64,000 nt of DNA from Flavobacteriales bacterium (GCA_049890295.1 JBMHBP010000004.1:78851-142850); one strand, 5' to 3'. Numbered from the stretch's first letter, positions 1 to 10,671 are shown. Notes: generated by a model from the letters alone, not told the origin. Translations and numbers: made by a program.

Positions 1-195
1 ACGGGTACTTTTATATCTTTGATGCAAGCTAGCCAGTTTGTACAAGTCATCGAAGATAGACAAGGACGAAAAATTGGATGCATCCAAGAAGCAGCTTACA
101 AAATGGGTTTTATAGACGATGCTCAATTAGAAAAATTAGCACAACCTTTACTAAAAAGTGGTTATGGTCAATACTTACAATCACTAATAAAATAA
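1..195 (+). CDS. rfbA: Glucose-1-phosphate thymidylyltransferase, C-terminal fragment (5' end outside the window)
   Basis: Not in the ORF track. Frame 1 reads [64 protein letters not shown], stop TAA at 193-195; this matches the RmlA/RfbA C-terminus (DTGT...IE.RQG.KI.C...KSGYG.YL). Confidence 0.9.
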   Translation, partial: TGTFISLMQASQFVQVIEDRQGRKIGCIQEAAYKMGFIDDAQLEKLAQPLLKSGYGQYLQSLIK

Positions 196-197
196 GT

Positions 198-1166
198 ATG
201 AAAACGACGGAAGAATTACGAACAATTCTAGAGCAAGAATTACTCAGTTTAAAATACCCTACTGAGCCAGCCGACTTATATGCCCCAATAGAGTATATTT
301 TGTCATTAGGTGGCAAGCGTATGCGACCTATTCTTCTGTTATTAGCCCAGCAAATGTATTCTAGCGATACAACTAAAGAGGCAATAATGCCAGCCATTGC
401 CTTAGAAGTGTTTCATAATTTTACTTTACTACATGATGATATAATGGACCAAGCACCAGTAAGGCGTGGACAAATAACCGTTCATAACAAATGGAACCAG
501 AATGTTGCCATTCTTTCAGGTGATGCCATGCTTATTCAATCCTATCAATACCTATGTCATCTACCACAAGACAAACTTGTTGAATGCCTCAATGTGTTTA
601 ACACCATGGCATTACAAGTATGTGAGGGGCAACAATACGATATGGATTTTGAAATTCAAGCAGAAGTAGATTTATCGTCATACTTAAAAATGATTGAATA
701 CAAGACAGCTGTATTATTAGGAGCAGCTCTCAAAATGGGTGCAATTATTGGAGGAGCATCAAAAAAAGATACCGAACAATTGTATGAGTTTGGAAGAAAT
801 ATAGGTATAGCATTTCAAATAAAAGATGACTTATTAGATGTATTTGGCGACACGAATAAGTTTGGTAAACAGCTTGGAGGAGATATAATCGCCAACAAAA
901 AAACATGTCTATATCTTAAAGCCGTATCATTATCTGATGGCGAAAAAAAAATGGACCTAGTCAATTTATACAGTTCAGAGACCATCAACCCCACCGAAAA
1001 AGTTGAAAATGTAAAGCACCTTTACGAAACTCTAGAAATTGAACAACACATCAATGAATTAATCAATGAGTTTTACGACAAAGCCATGTTACATTTGAAT
1101 ACAATCCAAAAAGATACCACAGAATTGAAACAATTTGCTTCTCAGCTTAAAACACGAGTTAGCTGA
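198..1166 (+). CDS. Polyprenyl diphosphate synthase (FPP/GGPP synthase family)
   Basis: GGKRMRP, first Asp-rich motif LLHDDIMD..RRG, second motif FQIKDDLLD. Start moved from 78 to ATG 198, just after the rfbA stop. Confidence 0.92.
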   Translation: MKTTEELRTILEQELLSLKYPTEPADLYAPIEYILSLGGKRMRPILLLLAQQMYSSDTTKEAIMPAIALEVFHNFTLLHDDIMDQAPVRRGQITVHNKWNQNVAILSGDAMLIQSYQYLCHLPQDKLVECLNVFNTMALQVCEGQQYDMDFEIQAEVDLSSYLKMIEYKTAVLLGAALKMGAIIGGASKKDTEQLYEFGRNIGIAFQIKDDLLDVFGDTNKFGKQLGGDIIANKKTCLYLKAVSLSDGEKKMDLVNLYSSETINPTEKVENVKHLYETLEIEQHINELINEFYDKAMLHLNTIQKDTTELKQFASQLKTRVS

Positions 1167-1220
1167 TTTTTTCCTATTTAAAATAGCGTTAAAAAACAGT
1201 AAAAAATAAATAAATTTCAA

Positions 1221-1228
1221 TAGTTTTG
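1221..1228 (+). promoter_or_regulatory. Bacteroidota sigma70 -7 element for sucAB
   Basis: TAGTTTTG matches TAnnTTTG, 19 nt before the sucA ATG. Confidence 0.55.
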
Positions 1229-1247
1229 CTTTAGCTAGAGAAATCAA

Positions 1248-3956
1248 ATGGCGAACAAATTTTCTTTTCTAGGAGCAGTTCACTCAAACATGATAGAAAT
1301 CATGTACGAGCAGTATATTCAAGACCCAAAATCCGTTAACGAAGAATGGCGGAATTTTTTCACTGGTTTTGATTTTGCAAAAGAAGTTTATTCAGAAGAA
1401 GATGAAGTTCCTGAAACTTTTAAAAAAGAATTTCAGGTTATCAACCTCATTGACGCCTATCGCAAGAGTGGTCATTTGTTCACTCATACCAATCCAGTAA
1501 GAGAACGAAGAAAATATACACCTACTCTAGAAATTTCTAATTTTGGACTTGACGAGTCTGATTTAGAAACTGTTTTTCAGGCAGGTTCGCAAGTTGGAAT
1601 TGGCCCCTCGACCCTCAGAGATATCATCACTCATCTGAAACAGGTATACTGCCAGTCCATTGGGGTAGAATATATGTACATTAGAAAGCCTGATCAGGTT
1701 GAATGGATCAAAAATCGATTACACAAGAATAGTAACACGCCTACTTTTAACATTGAAGAGAAAAAACAAATTTTAAGAAAGCTAAATCAGGCAGTAGCTT
1801 TTGAAAGTTTCCTTCACAAGAAGTTCGTTGGTCAAAAACGTTTTTCATTGGAGGGTGCAGAGGCTTTAATACCTGCTTTAGATGCCTTAATTGAAAAGGG
1901 TGCCGAATTAGGTGTTGAAGAATACGTAATGGGAATGGCTCACCGTGGTCGTTTAAATGTATTAGCTAATATTTTTAACAAAACTTACAAAGATATTTTT
2001 TCTGAGTTCGAAGGTAAAGAATATGAAGATAATTTATTTTCCGGTGATGTAAAGTATCACCTTGGTTTTACTTCAGAACAACAGTGTAATAATGGCAAGA
2101 ACGTAAAAATGTCCTTGTCCCCAAACCCCTCACATTTAGAAGCTGTAGATCCCGTTGTACAGGGGATAGCACGTGCTAAAATTGATCAACATTACAAATC
2201 AGACAACTCTAAACTAGTACCTATTCTTATTCATGGTGATGCCGCCTTAGCCGGACAAGGTGTAGTATATGAAGTTGTTCAAATGGCCCAATTAGATGGT
2301 TATAAAACTGGAGGAACCATTCATATAGTTGTCAACAATCAGGTCGGTTTTACTACCAATTATTTAGATGCACGATCGAGCACCTATTGTACAGATATCG
2401 GTAAAGTGACTTTATCACCCGTCTTTCATGTCAATGGTGACGATGTAGAAGCCGTTGTACATGCTGTAGAGATTGCTATAGAATACCGACAAAAGTATAA
2501 TAAAGACGTCTTTATAGATTTATTGTGCTACAGAAAATATGGACATAACGAAGGTGATGAACCTCGCTTTACTCAGCCCATGCTTTACAAAGCCATCAGC
2601 AAGCACCCTAACCCCAGAGAGATATACAATCAGAAACTTATCAGTGAAGGTGTAGTAGGAACAAATATTGCTAAGGAGATGGCCGAAGAGTTTAAACAAC
2701 TCCTTCAAGATAGATTTGACGAGTCTAAGGAAATAGAAAAGGCTCATATTACACCCTTTATGCAAAGCGAGTGGGAAGGGTTACGTAAATCCAAAGATCA
2801 AGATTTTATAAAATCACCAGATACTTCTGTAGCAAAAAAGCTTCTAAAAGAAATAGCCTATAAGTTGTATAATGTTTCTGAAAAGGAAGCTTTATTCAAA
2901 AAAACAAAACGTCTATTATCTGATCAACAAAAGATGATAGAAAGCACTAATATCCTAGATTGGGGAATGGCCGAGCTATTAGCTTACGGGACCCTACTTC
3001 ATGAAGGTCACCCAGTTAGGATCAGCGGTCAGGATGTTGAGCGAGGAACGTTTTCTCATCGTCATGCAGTACTAAAACTTGAAGAATCAGAACGGGAGAT
3101 AATCCCTTTAAATGCCATTCATCCAACTGTAAAATTTGAGGCTTATAACTCACTTTTATCGGAATATGGAGTCTTAGGTTTTGACTATGGATTTGCCATG
3201 GCTAGTCCTCATTCACTGACCATTTGGGAGGCTCAGTTTGGTGATTTTGGTAATGGTGCTCAAATTATGATTGACCAATTTATTTCTTCTGCAGAAGATA
3301 AGTGGCGTACATTTAATGGATTGGTTATGTTATTACCACATGGTTATGAAGGTCAGGGTGCGGAACACTCCAGTGCACGCATGGAACGTTTTTTACAAAT
3401 GTGTGCTCTCCATAATTTACAAGTTGTTAACTGTACAACGCCGGCCAATTTCTTTCATGTACTTAGACGACAGTTAAAACGTGAGTTTAGAAAACCACTA
3501 GTAGTTTTTACACCAAAAAGTTTGTTGAGACACCCTTTGTGTATTTCTAGTATAGAAGATTTGTCGTCAGGGTGCTTCCGCGAACTATTTGATGATGAAA
3601 CTGTAAAGCCTTCTGAGGTTAAAAAAGTAGTGTTTTGTAGTGGAAAATTATATTATGAATTATGGCAAGAAAGGGAGAAATTAGGACGAATGGATATTGC
3701 TTTAGTTCGCTTAGAGCAATTGTATCCCTTACCATTAGAACAAATAGATACCGTAATAGAAAAATACGGCCAAGCCAAATTAGTTTGGGCACAAGAAGAA
3801 CCACAAAACATGGGTGCTTGGACTCATATTTTGAATAGACTTCGTCATATTCCTTTTGAGTTAGTTTCCAGAAGAGCAAGTGCCGCAACAGCTAGTGGAT
3901 CGCCAAAGCAGGCAGCCAATAGACAACAAAAAATAATTGAAGATATTTTTAAATAG
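1248..3956 (+). CDS. sucA: 2-oxoglutarate dehydrogenase E1
   Basis: KRFSLEG, GMAHRGRLN, GDVKYHLG, NPSHLE, ThDP motif HGDAA...NNQ, WEAQFGDF, PHGYEGQG.EHSSAR. Confidence 0.98.
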   Translation: MANKFSFLGAVHSNMIEIMYEQYIQDPKSVNEEWRNFFTGFDFAKEVYSEEDEVPETFKKEFQVINLIDAYRKSGHLFTHTNPVRERRKYTPTLEISNFGLDESDLETVFQAGSQVGIGPSTLRDIITHLKQVYCQSIGVEYMYIRKPDQVEWIKNRLHKNSNTPTFNIEEKKQILRKLNQAVAFESFLHKKFVGQKRFSLEGAEALIPALDALIEKGAELGVEEYVMGMAHRGRLNVLANIFNKTYKDIFSEFEGKEYEDNLFSGDVKYHLGFTSEQQCNNGKNVKMSLSPNPSHLEAVDPVVQGIARAKIDQHYKSDNSKLVPILIHGDAALAGQGVVYEVVQMAQLDGYKTGGTIHIVVNNQVGFTTNYLDARSSTYCTDIGKVTLSPVFHVNGDDVEAVVHAVEIAIEYRQKYNKDVFIDLLCYRKYGHNEGDEPRFTQPMLYKAISKHPNPREIYNQKLISEGVVGTNIAKEMAEEFKQLLQDRFDESKEIEKAHITPFMQSEWEGLRKSKDQDFIKSPDTSVAKKLLKEIAYKLYNVSEKEALFKKTKRLLSDQQKMIESTNILDWGMAELLAYGTLLHEGHPVRISGQDVERGTFSHRHAVLKLEESEREIIPLNAIHPTVKFEAYNSLLSEYGVLGFDYGFAMASPHSLTIWEAQFGDFGNGAQIMIDQFISSAEDKWRTFNGLVMLLPHGYEGQGAEHSSARMERFLQMCALHNLQVVNCTTPANFFHVLRRQLKREFRKPLVVFTPKSLLRHPLCISSIEDLSSGCFRELFDDETVKPSEVKKVVFCSGKLYYELWQEREKLGRMDIALVRLEQLYPLPLEQIDTVIEKYGQAKLVWAQEEPQNMGAWTHILNRLRHIPFELVSRRASAATASGSPKQAANRQQKIIEDIFK

Positions 3957-3962
3957 AATACT

Positions 3963-5144
3963 ATGCTATTAGAAATGAAAGTACCTAGTCCGGGAGAGTC
4001 AATCTCTGAAGTAGAAATCGCTTTGTGGTTGGTTGAAGACGGAGACTATGTTGAAAAAGATCAAGAAATTGCTGAGGTCGACTCTGACAAAGCCACTTTG
4101 GCATTACCAGCCGAAGAAAGTGGTACCATTAAGTTGGTAGCCGAAGAAGGTGATACCGTAGCTGTTGGCCAGGTTGTATGTATTATTGATACCGAGGGTG
4201 AAGGTCAAGCCAAGCCAACCTCAACGTCAGAGACCAACCCACAAGTTTCAGCTCCTGTTCAGCCCACAAAGGCTGTTGATGCTAAAGCAACACCATTAGC
4301 TAAGGCTATTATTTCTCAAAATGATCTATCCACCAAAGATGTAAAAGGTACTGGCGAAGGCGGTAAAATCTTAAAAGAAGATGTTATAGAAGCTATGGCC
4401 TCAGTAAAGACTGATGGTCCTCGCGGAATGGAACGTAAAAAAATGTCCATGCTAAGGCGTAAAGTCGCTCAACGCCTAGTTTCTGTTAAAAATGATACTG
4501 CCATGCTTACCACCTTTAACGAGGTTGATATGTCAGCCATATTTGACATTAGAAAAGAATATAAGGAACGTTTTAAGGAAAAGTACGACGTTAGCCTAGG
4601 CTTCATGTCATTTTTTACTAAAGCCATTACTACTGCCCTTCAGGAATTTCCTGATGTAAATGCTCAAATTGATGGTAAGGAAATTATTTATCATAACTAT
4701 ACCGATATAAGTATTGCAGTGAGTGCCCCCAAAGGATTAATGGTACCAGTTATTCGTAATGCCGAACTCTTGAATTTTATGGAGGTTGAAAGTGAGGTTA
4801 AGCGTTTAGCTATACGAGCCAGAGACGGCCATATTACGCCTGATGAGATGTTGGGAGGGACCTTTACTATCACCAATGGTGGTGTATTTGGTTCCATGTT
4901 ATCAACGCCAATTATCAACCCACCTCAATCGGCTATTTTGGGTATGCACAATATTGTAGAACGACCTGTAGCCGTTAATGGTCAGGTAGAAATACGTCCA
5001 ATGATGTATGTGGCCTTATCTTACGACCACCGAATAATTGATGGTAGGGAGTCAGTAGGCTTTTTATGTCGAGTTAAGGAGTGTTTGGAAGACCCTGCGA
5101 CTCACTTATTAAACAGTGATATAAAGAGTAGTTTAGGGCTCTAA
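3963..5144 (+). CDS. sucB: Dihydrolipoamide succinyltransferase E2
   Basis: Lipoyl motif EVDSDKA, E3-binding [17 protein letters not shown], catalytic DHRIIDG; follows sucA. Confidence 0.97.
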   Translation: MLLEMKVPSPGESISEVEIALWLVEDGDYVEKDQEIAEVDSDKATLALPAEESGTIKLVAEEGDTVAVGQVVCIIDTEGEGQAKPTSTSETNPQVSAPVQPTKAVDAKATPLAKAIISQNDLSTKDVKGTGEGGKILKEDVIEAMASVKTDGPRGMERKKMSMLRRKVAQRLVSVKNDTAMLTTFNEVDMSAIFDIRKEYKERFKEKYDVSLGFMSFFTKAITTALQEFPDVNAQIDGKEIIYHNYTDISIAVSAPKGLMVPVIRNAELLNFMEVESEVKRLAIRARDGHITPDEMLGGTFTITNGGVFGSMLSTPIINPPQSAILGMHNIVERPVAVNGQVEIRPMMYVALSYDHRIIDGRESVGFLCRVKECLEDPATHLLNSDIKSSLGL

Positions 5145-5252
5145 TCTTTCTCCCATAAATGTGTGTCGTTGTTTTCTGATTTTAGCAGATAGATGCCTTT
5201 TTTGACCTTAGAGAGGATTTTTATGCAATGTTTGTGAAGGCTATATATAAAC

Positions 5253-7817
5253 TTAATTCATCAAATGAACCTCGCCTAGTTTAATTTGGTTGTGTTTAGC
5301 ACCATTGTATTTGGCCTTCCAAGAGTATACACCTACTGGGCAAACTTGACCTTCATAAGTGCCGTCCCAGCCAACATTAACATCGTTGGAGTAAAAGATA
5401 ACTTCTCCCCAGCGATTTATGATCCAAAATTCAAAAAAGTCGGTACAGCCTACATTGGGTACGAATACTTCATTAAGCTCGTCACCATCTGGAGTAAAGG
5501 CGTTTGGCGTATAAAATGGAATACTTTTAATGGGAGTAATTTCTCTGAAAAACGAATTTTCACAACCGTATTCGTTCACCACACTAAGCGTAATGAAGTA
5601 CTGGCCTACTTCATCATAAGTATGTACCGTTGTGGTGTCTTCAGAAGTACTAAGGCCATCTCCAAAGTCCCAGTTTAAGGAGTCATAGTCGGTGGTGAAA
5701 TTAACTAATCTTACACTCTTGTCACAATTGCTAATTTGGCTTGACTCAGTGATAAAATTGGGATTAGGTTTTTCATGTACGGTTAGGTAATCGTTTAGGG
5801 TCAAGGAAGTAGTACACCCTTGTTGTGTAGTGACCTCTAAATTTACTGCATAGGTTCCGGAAGAAGGGATACTAAAGTTTGCTGTACTACCTACAGCCGA
5901 TTGGCCATTTACAGTCCAGTTCCATGCTACAATTGGATCATCCTCCTGGGGGGTGCTGTTATCATCTAGCTGAAATAGTGCTGGCGGACAGTTATTATTA
6001 TCTGGTGTGGTAAAGGCTAGTGTTGGTAAAAACTTATTATTGAGGCTTATCTCATCGGTGTACGTACAGTTGTTTGGGCTGGTAACACTTACACTATATA
6101 CCCCTTCGTTAATTACAGAAATAGTTTGAGTGGTTTCATTTGTATTCCACAAATAGGCTGTGGCTAAACTTCCTGCGTCTAATTCTATAGCTGGCATACC
6201 ATCACAAATGACTTGATCTGGACCTAATGAAAAATTAAAATCGTCAATATTAATACTTACTGAAACAGTATCTCTACTGCCACAACTGCCATCGCCCATT
6301 ACGGTGTAGGTGGTGTTTTGTGTAGGGCTAGCTGTAGGGTTGGAGCTATTTGAGTTATCTAATGTAGCCCCCGGCGACCACTCATAGTTTTGACCACCAC
6401 TAACGTTCAAAGCAATACTTTCGCCTGGGCAAATCGTAGTGCTGGGTGTGATGGTAAATGTAGGTTCACTAATAGCATCAGAGTAGATTTCAATATCGCC
6501 AAATGACATTTTATTACCGCCTGTATTTCCACCACCAGTATAGTCTACATCGACATAAATACTTGAAGTTTGAACATAATTAGTAGCGTTTACATCCATT
6601 GAATTACCTTCTACATTTATACCTGCCAAGCCATAGACATATTCTTGTCCTACAATATCATTGAAGCCAGAAAATCTAAGAGCATCACCAGTAGCCCAAA
6701 TTATCTTTTCACATTCTATACCATTGGTCGTTTCTCGATTGCCTAAAGCTACCCCACCTGCCGTATTATCGGCATCTTGAGGGGAATTATAATTTCCAAC
6801 ATAATATTGTTTTGACATGCTCCAACTTCCAGCCGTATTGACGTATTCGAAAAGTCGTGAACTGTGGGCACCCGGTGTATATTGATTATCCCAACCACCG
6901 AAAGAACTCCATCCCCCTTGTACCTTTTCACAGACATACATATTACCTTCTGAACTTATGGTAATATCAGAAATGGGGTAAGAAGCACCAGTCAATCCGT
7001 TTGTGAAACTACCCATATTATCTTCTAGACTAAAACATAAGGTTTCTGTCCCTGTAAATTCGCCAGAATTATCTAAATCAATGGACCAAACTGAATTGTT
7101 AGTATTAGTAGTAATATTGAGTGAATTATCTTCTGTCCATTGCGAAAAATAGACTCTTACGGTTCCATTATCTTCGTGAACAGCAATACCCCAAAGGGCC
7201 TCACCATGACCACTAAATGTGCCAGTAGGAGTGGCGTCTGGTGAAAAAGGATCGTAGGTAGAAAGTAAATTTCCATCCATATCAAATCGGTAAATTTTAC
7301 CGTCTTCGAAATTGGTAATAAACAATTGATTGTTCCATTTGTCGTGAGCAATATTACCTAGACCGTTACCTTCATTTGGAATTTGATTAGCTCCATTGCC
7401 TGTAGTAATAAAGGGGCTTACTAACCATGTGTCTGCATCCATTTTATATACACCGCCGTCTCCAGCAACACCATTATTCGTACCTGTTGACCCGCTTGAA
7501 GATATAGCTTTAGTAGAGGTAAAATATACGTTTTTACTATTATCAATAGTTAGCCCAAATACATCTCCCATATTAGTGCCTTTCCATGAATCAGCAACTG
7601 CCGGGTCAGTAGGTGTAAATGAATTGGTGGCCCAATTTAATCCTAATGGTGCTGTAGCATTATTTTCTAAATTATAAATAGAGAAAGCATTCCATTCTCC
7701 ACCACTGCCAGTCCAATGAGTTATTATTGCCATACCATTAGTAAGCGGCTGGGCGGTGCTAAAAAACGAACAAACCACCAATAGCAATATGGAAAATACT
7801 GAGTTAAGGTTAAGCAT
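5253..7817 (-). CDS. T9SS type-B (gliding-motility CTD) secreted protein with an N-terminal putative beta-propeller, SprB/Ig-like and PKD domains
   Basis: Signal peptide; PKD motif WDFGDG..HTY..G.Y; C-terminal PNAFTPDGD...NRWG...GWDGTY...GVY. Confidence 0.85.
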   Translation of the reverse strand: MLNLNSVFSILLLVVCSFFSTAQPLTNGMAIITHWTGSGGEWNAFSIYNLENNATAPLGLNWATNSFTPTDPAVADSWKGTNMGDVFGLTIDNSKNVYFTSTKAISSSGSTGTNNGVAGDGGVYKMDADTWLVSPFITTGNGANQIPNEGNGLGNIAHDKWNNQLFITNFEDGKIYRFDMDGNLLSTYDPFSPDATPTGTFSGHGEALWGIAVHEDNGTVRVYFSQWTEDNSLNITTNTNNSVWSIDLDNSGEFTGTETLCFSLEDNMGSFTNGLTGASYPISDITISSEGNMYVCEKVQGGWSSFGGWDNQYTPGAHSSRLFEYVNTAGSWSMSKQYYVGNYNSPQDADNTAGGVALGNRETTNGIECEKIIWATGDALRFSGFNDIVGQEYVYGLAGINVEGNSMDVNATNYVQTSSIYVDVDYTGGGNTGGNKMSFGDIEIYSDAISEPTFTITPSTTICPGESIALNVSGGQNYEWSPGATLDNSNSSNPTASPTQNTTYTVMGDGSCGSRDTVSVSINIDDFNFSLGPDQVICDGMPAIELDAGSLATAYLWNTNETTQTISVINEGVYSVSVTSPNNCTYTDEISLNNKFLPTLAFTTPDNNNCPPALFQLDDNSTPQEDDPIVAWNWTVNGQSAVGSTANFSIPSSGTYAVNLEVTTQQGCTTSLTLNDYLTVHEKPNPNFITESSQISNCDKSVRLVNFTTDYDSLNWDFGDGLSTSEDTTTVHTYDEVGQYFITLSVVNEYGCENSFFREITPIKSIPFYTPNAFTPDGDELNEVFVPNVGCTDFFEFWIINRWGEVIFYSNDVNVGWDGTYEGQVCPVGVYSWKAKYNGAKHNQIKLGEVHLMN

Positions 7818-7922
7818 GATAAACTTGTAAAGGTATGACCTAAAATTACAAAAAAATTATATCAAACAATAATTTTAAGTTTCTTGTTTTAGCGTTGTGC
7901 TTACGCGTTCAAAGTAAAACTA

Positions 7923-8648
7923 TTACTCTAGAAAAAAATATCGAAAATCTATAGTCAAATAGTTTCCAGATAAATCAATGAATTTGGAAGTGTTACCCCT
8001 AGGAGCTTCTTCATTAAAGGTATAAGTTCCATCATTGTATTCTGGGAATGATCGAGCAGTATTTTTCCATGGTCGGTGAAAACTTAATCCTACATATATA
8101 ATTCCATTTGTAAGTGATCGGTTTTCAATACCTAAATTAGCAACAAAGGCAGACTGTATTTTCTTACGCCTTGAGGTACTTACAAAGTAGAAATCATTTT
8201 GTTCTCCAAAACTGATTATATCTGCTGGAAATACATTTAATGAATTTCCAAATGAAGCATTTAAGAAGTAGTATTCTGATACTCTGACATAAGATAATAA
8301 CTGAATAGGAATTTCATAGGATCTAAGGCTGTAACTAGAGTAATCGGAAAGATTGCTTGCATTATTTTCGATATATAGTTGATACCTTCTATTGACTAAA
8401 TTTAAGCCTGTTTCAATAGAAAATGTAGAACTTAAATTATAGCGAACAATCATGCCTAATGATTGCCCATACTTTGGTTTAAGGTTAAATTTATAGTTGT
8501 CAAATTTATAGGTCGTGTTTCCAGAGTTTAGGTAGGCGGCCGGCACTATTGGTTTTAGTTGTAAGCCAAAAGCAAATTTAGATACTTGCTGTTGCCCAAA
8601 AACCATTAGGGGCAATAAACAAATAAGTAAAAGGCTTCTTTTAATCAT
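7923..8648 (-). CDS. Outer-membrane beta-barrel protein (PorT/OMP_b-brl_2-like)
   Basis: Signal peptide MIKRSLLLICLLPLMVFGQ (start moved to 8648), alternating amphipathic strands, YEIPIQL motif, aromatic terminal strand YLTIDFRYFF. Confidence 0.65.
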   Translation of the reverse strand: MIKRSLLLICLLPLMVFGQQQVSKFAFGLQLKPIVPAAYLNSGNTTYKFDNYKFNLKPKYGQSLGMIVRYNLSSTFSIETGLNLVNRRYQLYIENNASNLSDYSSYSLRSYEIPIQLLSYVRVSEYYFLNASFGNSLNVFPADIISFGEQNDFYFVSTSRRKKIQSAFVANLGIENRSLTNGIIYVGLSFHRPWKNTARSFPEYNDGTYTFNEEAPRGNTSKFIDLSGNYLTIDFRYFFLE

Positions 8649-9240
8649 TATCGGCAATGACTTCGTTAACTTCTTCTGGAAGCTCACGTTTTAACAAGCC
8701 TTCAATACCAGATTTTAGTGTCATACTTGATGAAGGGCAGCCACTACAGGCACCTTGTAAGGATACGGTGACGGTTCCTTTTTCAAACTTTTTAAGTGAA
8801 ATAAAACCACCGTCTTGTTCTACAGCTGGCCGAACGTATTCGTCTAGTAAATCTGCTATCTTTTTCTCTATAGGTGAAAACTCTCTATTTAATTCTTCTT
8901 TGTGAGTAACTGTTTTACTTTTCTTTGGCGATACATTTTCGCTGATGACTTCTCCGCCTTCAACTAAAAAATCACGAATAAATTCTCTCATCTCAACCAC
9001 AATGTCTGACCATTCTATGGAATTTTCTTTTTTTGTAACTGAAATAAAGTGATTACTTATAAAAATACTTTCCACAAAGGGAAAACCGAATAGCTCTAAA
9101 GCTAAAGGAGATCCAATAGCTTCAGCTCTATTATTAAATTCATAAATATTTTGATCTACAAGCAATCGATTAGCAACAAATTTCATTACCCTAGGATTAG
9201 GGGTTGCTTCTGCATATAAAGAGGTAGGAACTTTTGTCAT
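8641..9240 (-). CDS. NifU/Nfu-family Fe-S cluster carrier with N-terminal scaffold domain
   Basis: N-terminal EATPNP..MKF and C-terminal VRPAVEQDGG...GACSGCPSS. Confidence 0.92.
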   Translation of the reverse strand: MTKVPTSLYAEATPNPRVMKFVANRLLVDQNIYEFNNRAEAIGSPLALELFGFPFVESIFISNHFISVTKKENSIEWSDIVVEMREFIRDFLVEGGEVISENVSPKKSKTVTHKEELNREFSPIEKKIADLLDEYVRPAVEQDGGFISLKKFEKGTVTVSLQGACSGCPSSSMTLKSGIEGLLKRELPEEVNEVIADND

Positions 9241-9253
9241 TGTTATTTTTTAG

Positions 9254-9280
9254 CAAATTTACGTCATTCTTTTATCTTTG
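9254..9280. promoter_or_regulatory. Back-to-back -7 elements for the nfu gene (-) and the gamma-CA gene (+)
   Basis: TAAATTTG on the minus strand (9254-9261) and TATCTTTG on the plus strand (9273-9280) within a 52-nt spacer. Confidence 0.6.
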
Positions 9281-9292
9281 AAAATAAAACCG

Positions 9293-9808
9293 ATGGCATT
9301 AATTAAAAGTGTAAATGAAAAGTCACCTAAGCTTCATAAGACGGTTTTTTTAGCCGAAAACGCAACAGTAGTAGGCGATGTAGAAATGGGGTATGAATGT
9401 AGCGTATGGTTCAACGCGGTCATTAGGGGCGATGTAAACTACATCAAAATAGGAAATAAAGTAAATGTCCAGGATGGTGCAGTCATTCATTGTACTTTTC
9501 AGAAATATGCTACCGAAATTGGTGATAATGTTTCAATCGGACATAATGCTTTGGTTCATGGTTGTACCATTCACAATAACGTCTTAATTGGTATGGGAGC
9601 TATTGTAATGGATGGTGTAATAATTGAGTCTAATTCAATTATAGCCGCAGGGGCTGTGGTGCTGGAAGGCACCAAAGTTGAGGGTGGTTCTATTTATGCT
9701 GGAGTACCAGCCAAAAAAATAAAAACACTTAGCCAAGAGCAAACGTCTGTTTTAGTCCAAGGAATTGCTAAAAATTATGTAATGTATTCTTCGTGGTTTA
9801 AGGATTAA
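9293..9808 (+). CDS. Gamma-carbonic-anhydrase family (YrdA/PaaY-like) protein
   Basis: Hexapeptide repeats, IRGD, NVQDG.VIH, IGHNALVHGC with His ligands. Start moved to ATG 9293 because the TTG at 9278 lies inside the -7 element. Confidence 0.92.
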   Translation: MALIKSVNEKSPKLHKTVFLAENATVVGDVEMGYECSVWFNAVIRGDVNYIKIGNKVNVQDGAVIHCTFQKYATEIGDNVSIGHNALVHGCTIHNNVLIGMGAIVMDGVIIESNSIIAAGAVVLEGTKVEGGSIYAGVPAKKIKTLSQEQTSVLVQGIAKNYVMYSSWFKD

Positions 9809-10598
9809 GCTTTACTTGCTGAAGATGAATATCTTTTCCAAAGAAAAATTTAGCTGATTTTTCAAATGATTCAGTAAAATCTGAAACATAAAAACAATCC
9901 TCTGTTTTAGTAGTACTCATTAAGTTTAACTCAAGTAATACGCTTTTAATATAAAGTGCAACTTCACTAGCCGAGTCAATAATATTTACTTTTCCGTTGT
10001 AGAAGTCATTAATTTCATCCTGAATAAGGGGATAATGTGTACATGCTAATATCAACTGTTGGATATTCTTTAGCGAATTACTTTTGAGGTAATTTTCTAT
10101 AATAGCTCTACTTATACTATTATGAATAAAGCCTTCTTCAATCATTACAGCAAGTAAGGGTGTGGCTAAAGAGTTTACTTCAACTTGATTTAGTCTTTCT
10201 TTAATTTTTTTAAGATATATGCCAGATCTAATTGTGCCTTTGGTTCCTATGATGCCTATTGTGCTAGGTGAATGTTCTTCTGATAGCCTATTCACTACTG
10301 GCTCAATCACATTTACAATCTGAACACCTGGACAGTTCTTTTTTACGGCTTCATAAGCTAATGATGAGGCTGTATTACAAGCAATGACAATCATTTTACA
10401 TTGCTTTTCTTTCAAAAAATTAGAAATTGAAATTGAAAACTCTTTAACTGCATCTGCTGATTTCTCTCCGTATGGAAGGTGTTTAGTATCTCCAAAGTAG
10501 ATAAGACTTTCTTGAGGTAAATGCTCACGTATTGCCTTGGCTACAGTTAGTCCACCAATGCCTGAGTCAAAAATTCCAATTGCCTTGTTATTGTTCAC
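9798..10598 (-). CDS. murI: Glutamate racemase
   Basis: FDSGIGG, PYGEKS, ACNTAS, ACTHYP. Probable GTG start at 10598 (alternative ATG at 10613). Confidence 0.96.
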   Translation of the reverse strand: MNNNKAIGIFDSGIGGLTVAKAIREHLPQESLIYFGDTKHLPYGEKSADAVKEFSISISNFLKEKQCKMIVIACNTASSLAYEAVKKNCPGVQIVNVIEPVVNRLSEEHSPSTIGIIGTKGTIRSGIYLKKIKERLNQVEVNSLATPLLAVMIEEGFIHNSISRAIIENYLKSNSLKNIQQLILACTHYPLIQDEINDFYNGKVNIIDSASEVALYIKSVLLELNLMSTTKTEDCFYVSDFTESFEKSAKFFFGKDIHLQQVKLNP

Positions 10599-10613
10599 TT
10601 TTCTAAGATACAT

Positions 10614-10645
10614 AAAAAAAGCAGTTTGAATTTTTCAAACTGCTT
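10614..10645 (-). terminator. Intrinsic terminator after the skp genes
   Basis: Minus strand AAGCAGTTTGAA-AAA-TTCAAACTGCTT continuing into a T tract. Confidence 0.75.
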
Positions 10646-10671
10646 ATTAAATTTTTTTGAGTGTTGAATAG

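Noticed and set aside
78-197. N-terminal extension of the 362-aa ORF
   Set aside because: It overlaps the rfbA 3' end in another frame; the prenyltransferase-like sequence begins at ATG 198.
5286-7677. Several short alternative-frame or antisense ORFs inside the T9SS protein gene
   Set aside because: No motifs or expression signals; expected by chance. The same applies to the other 60-110 aa nested ORFs in the track.
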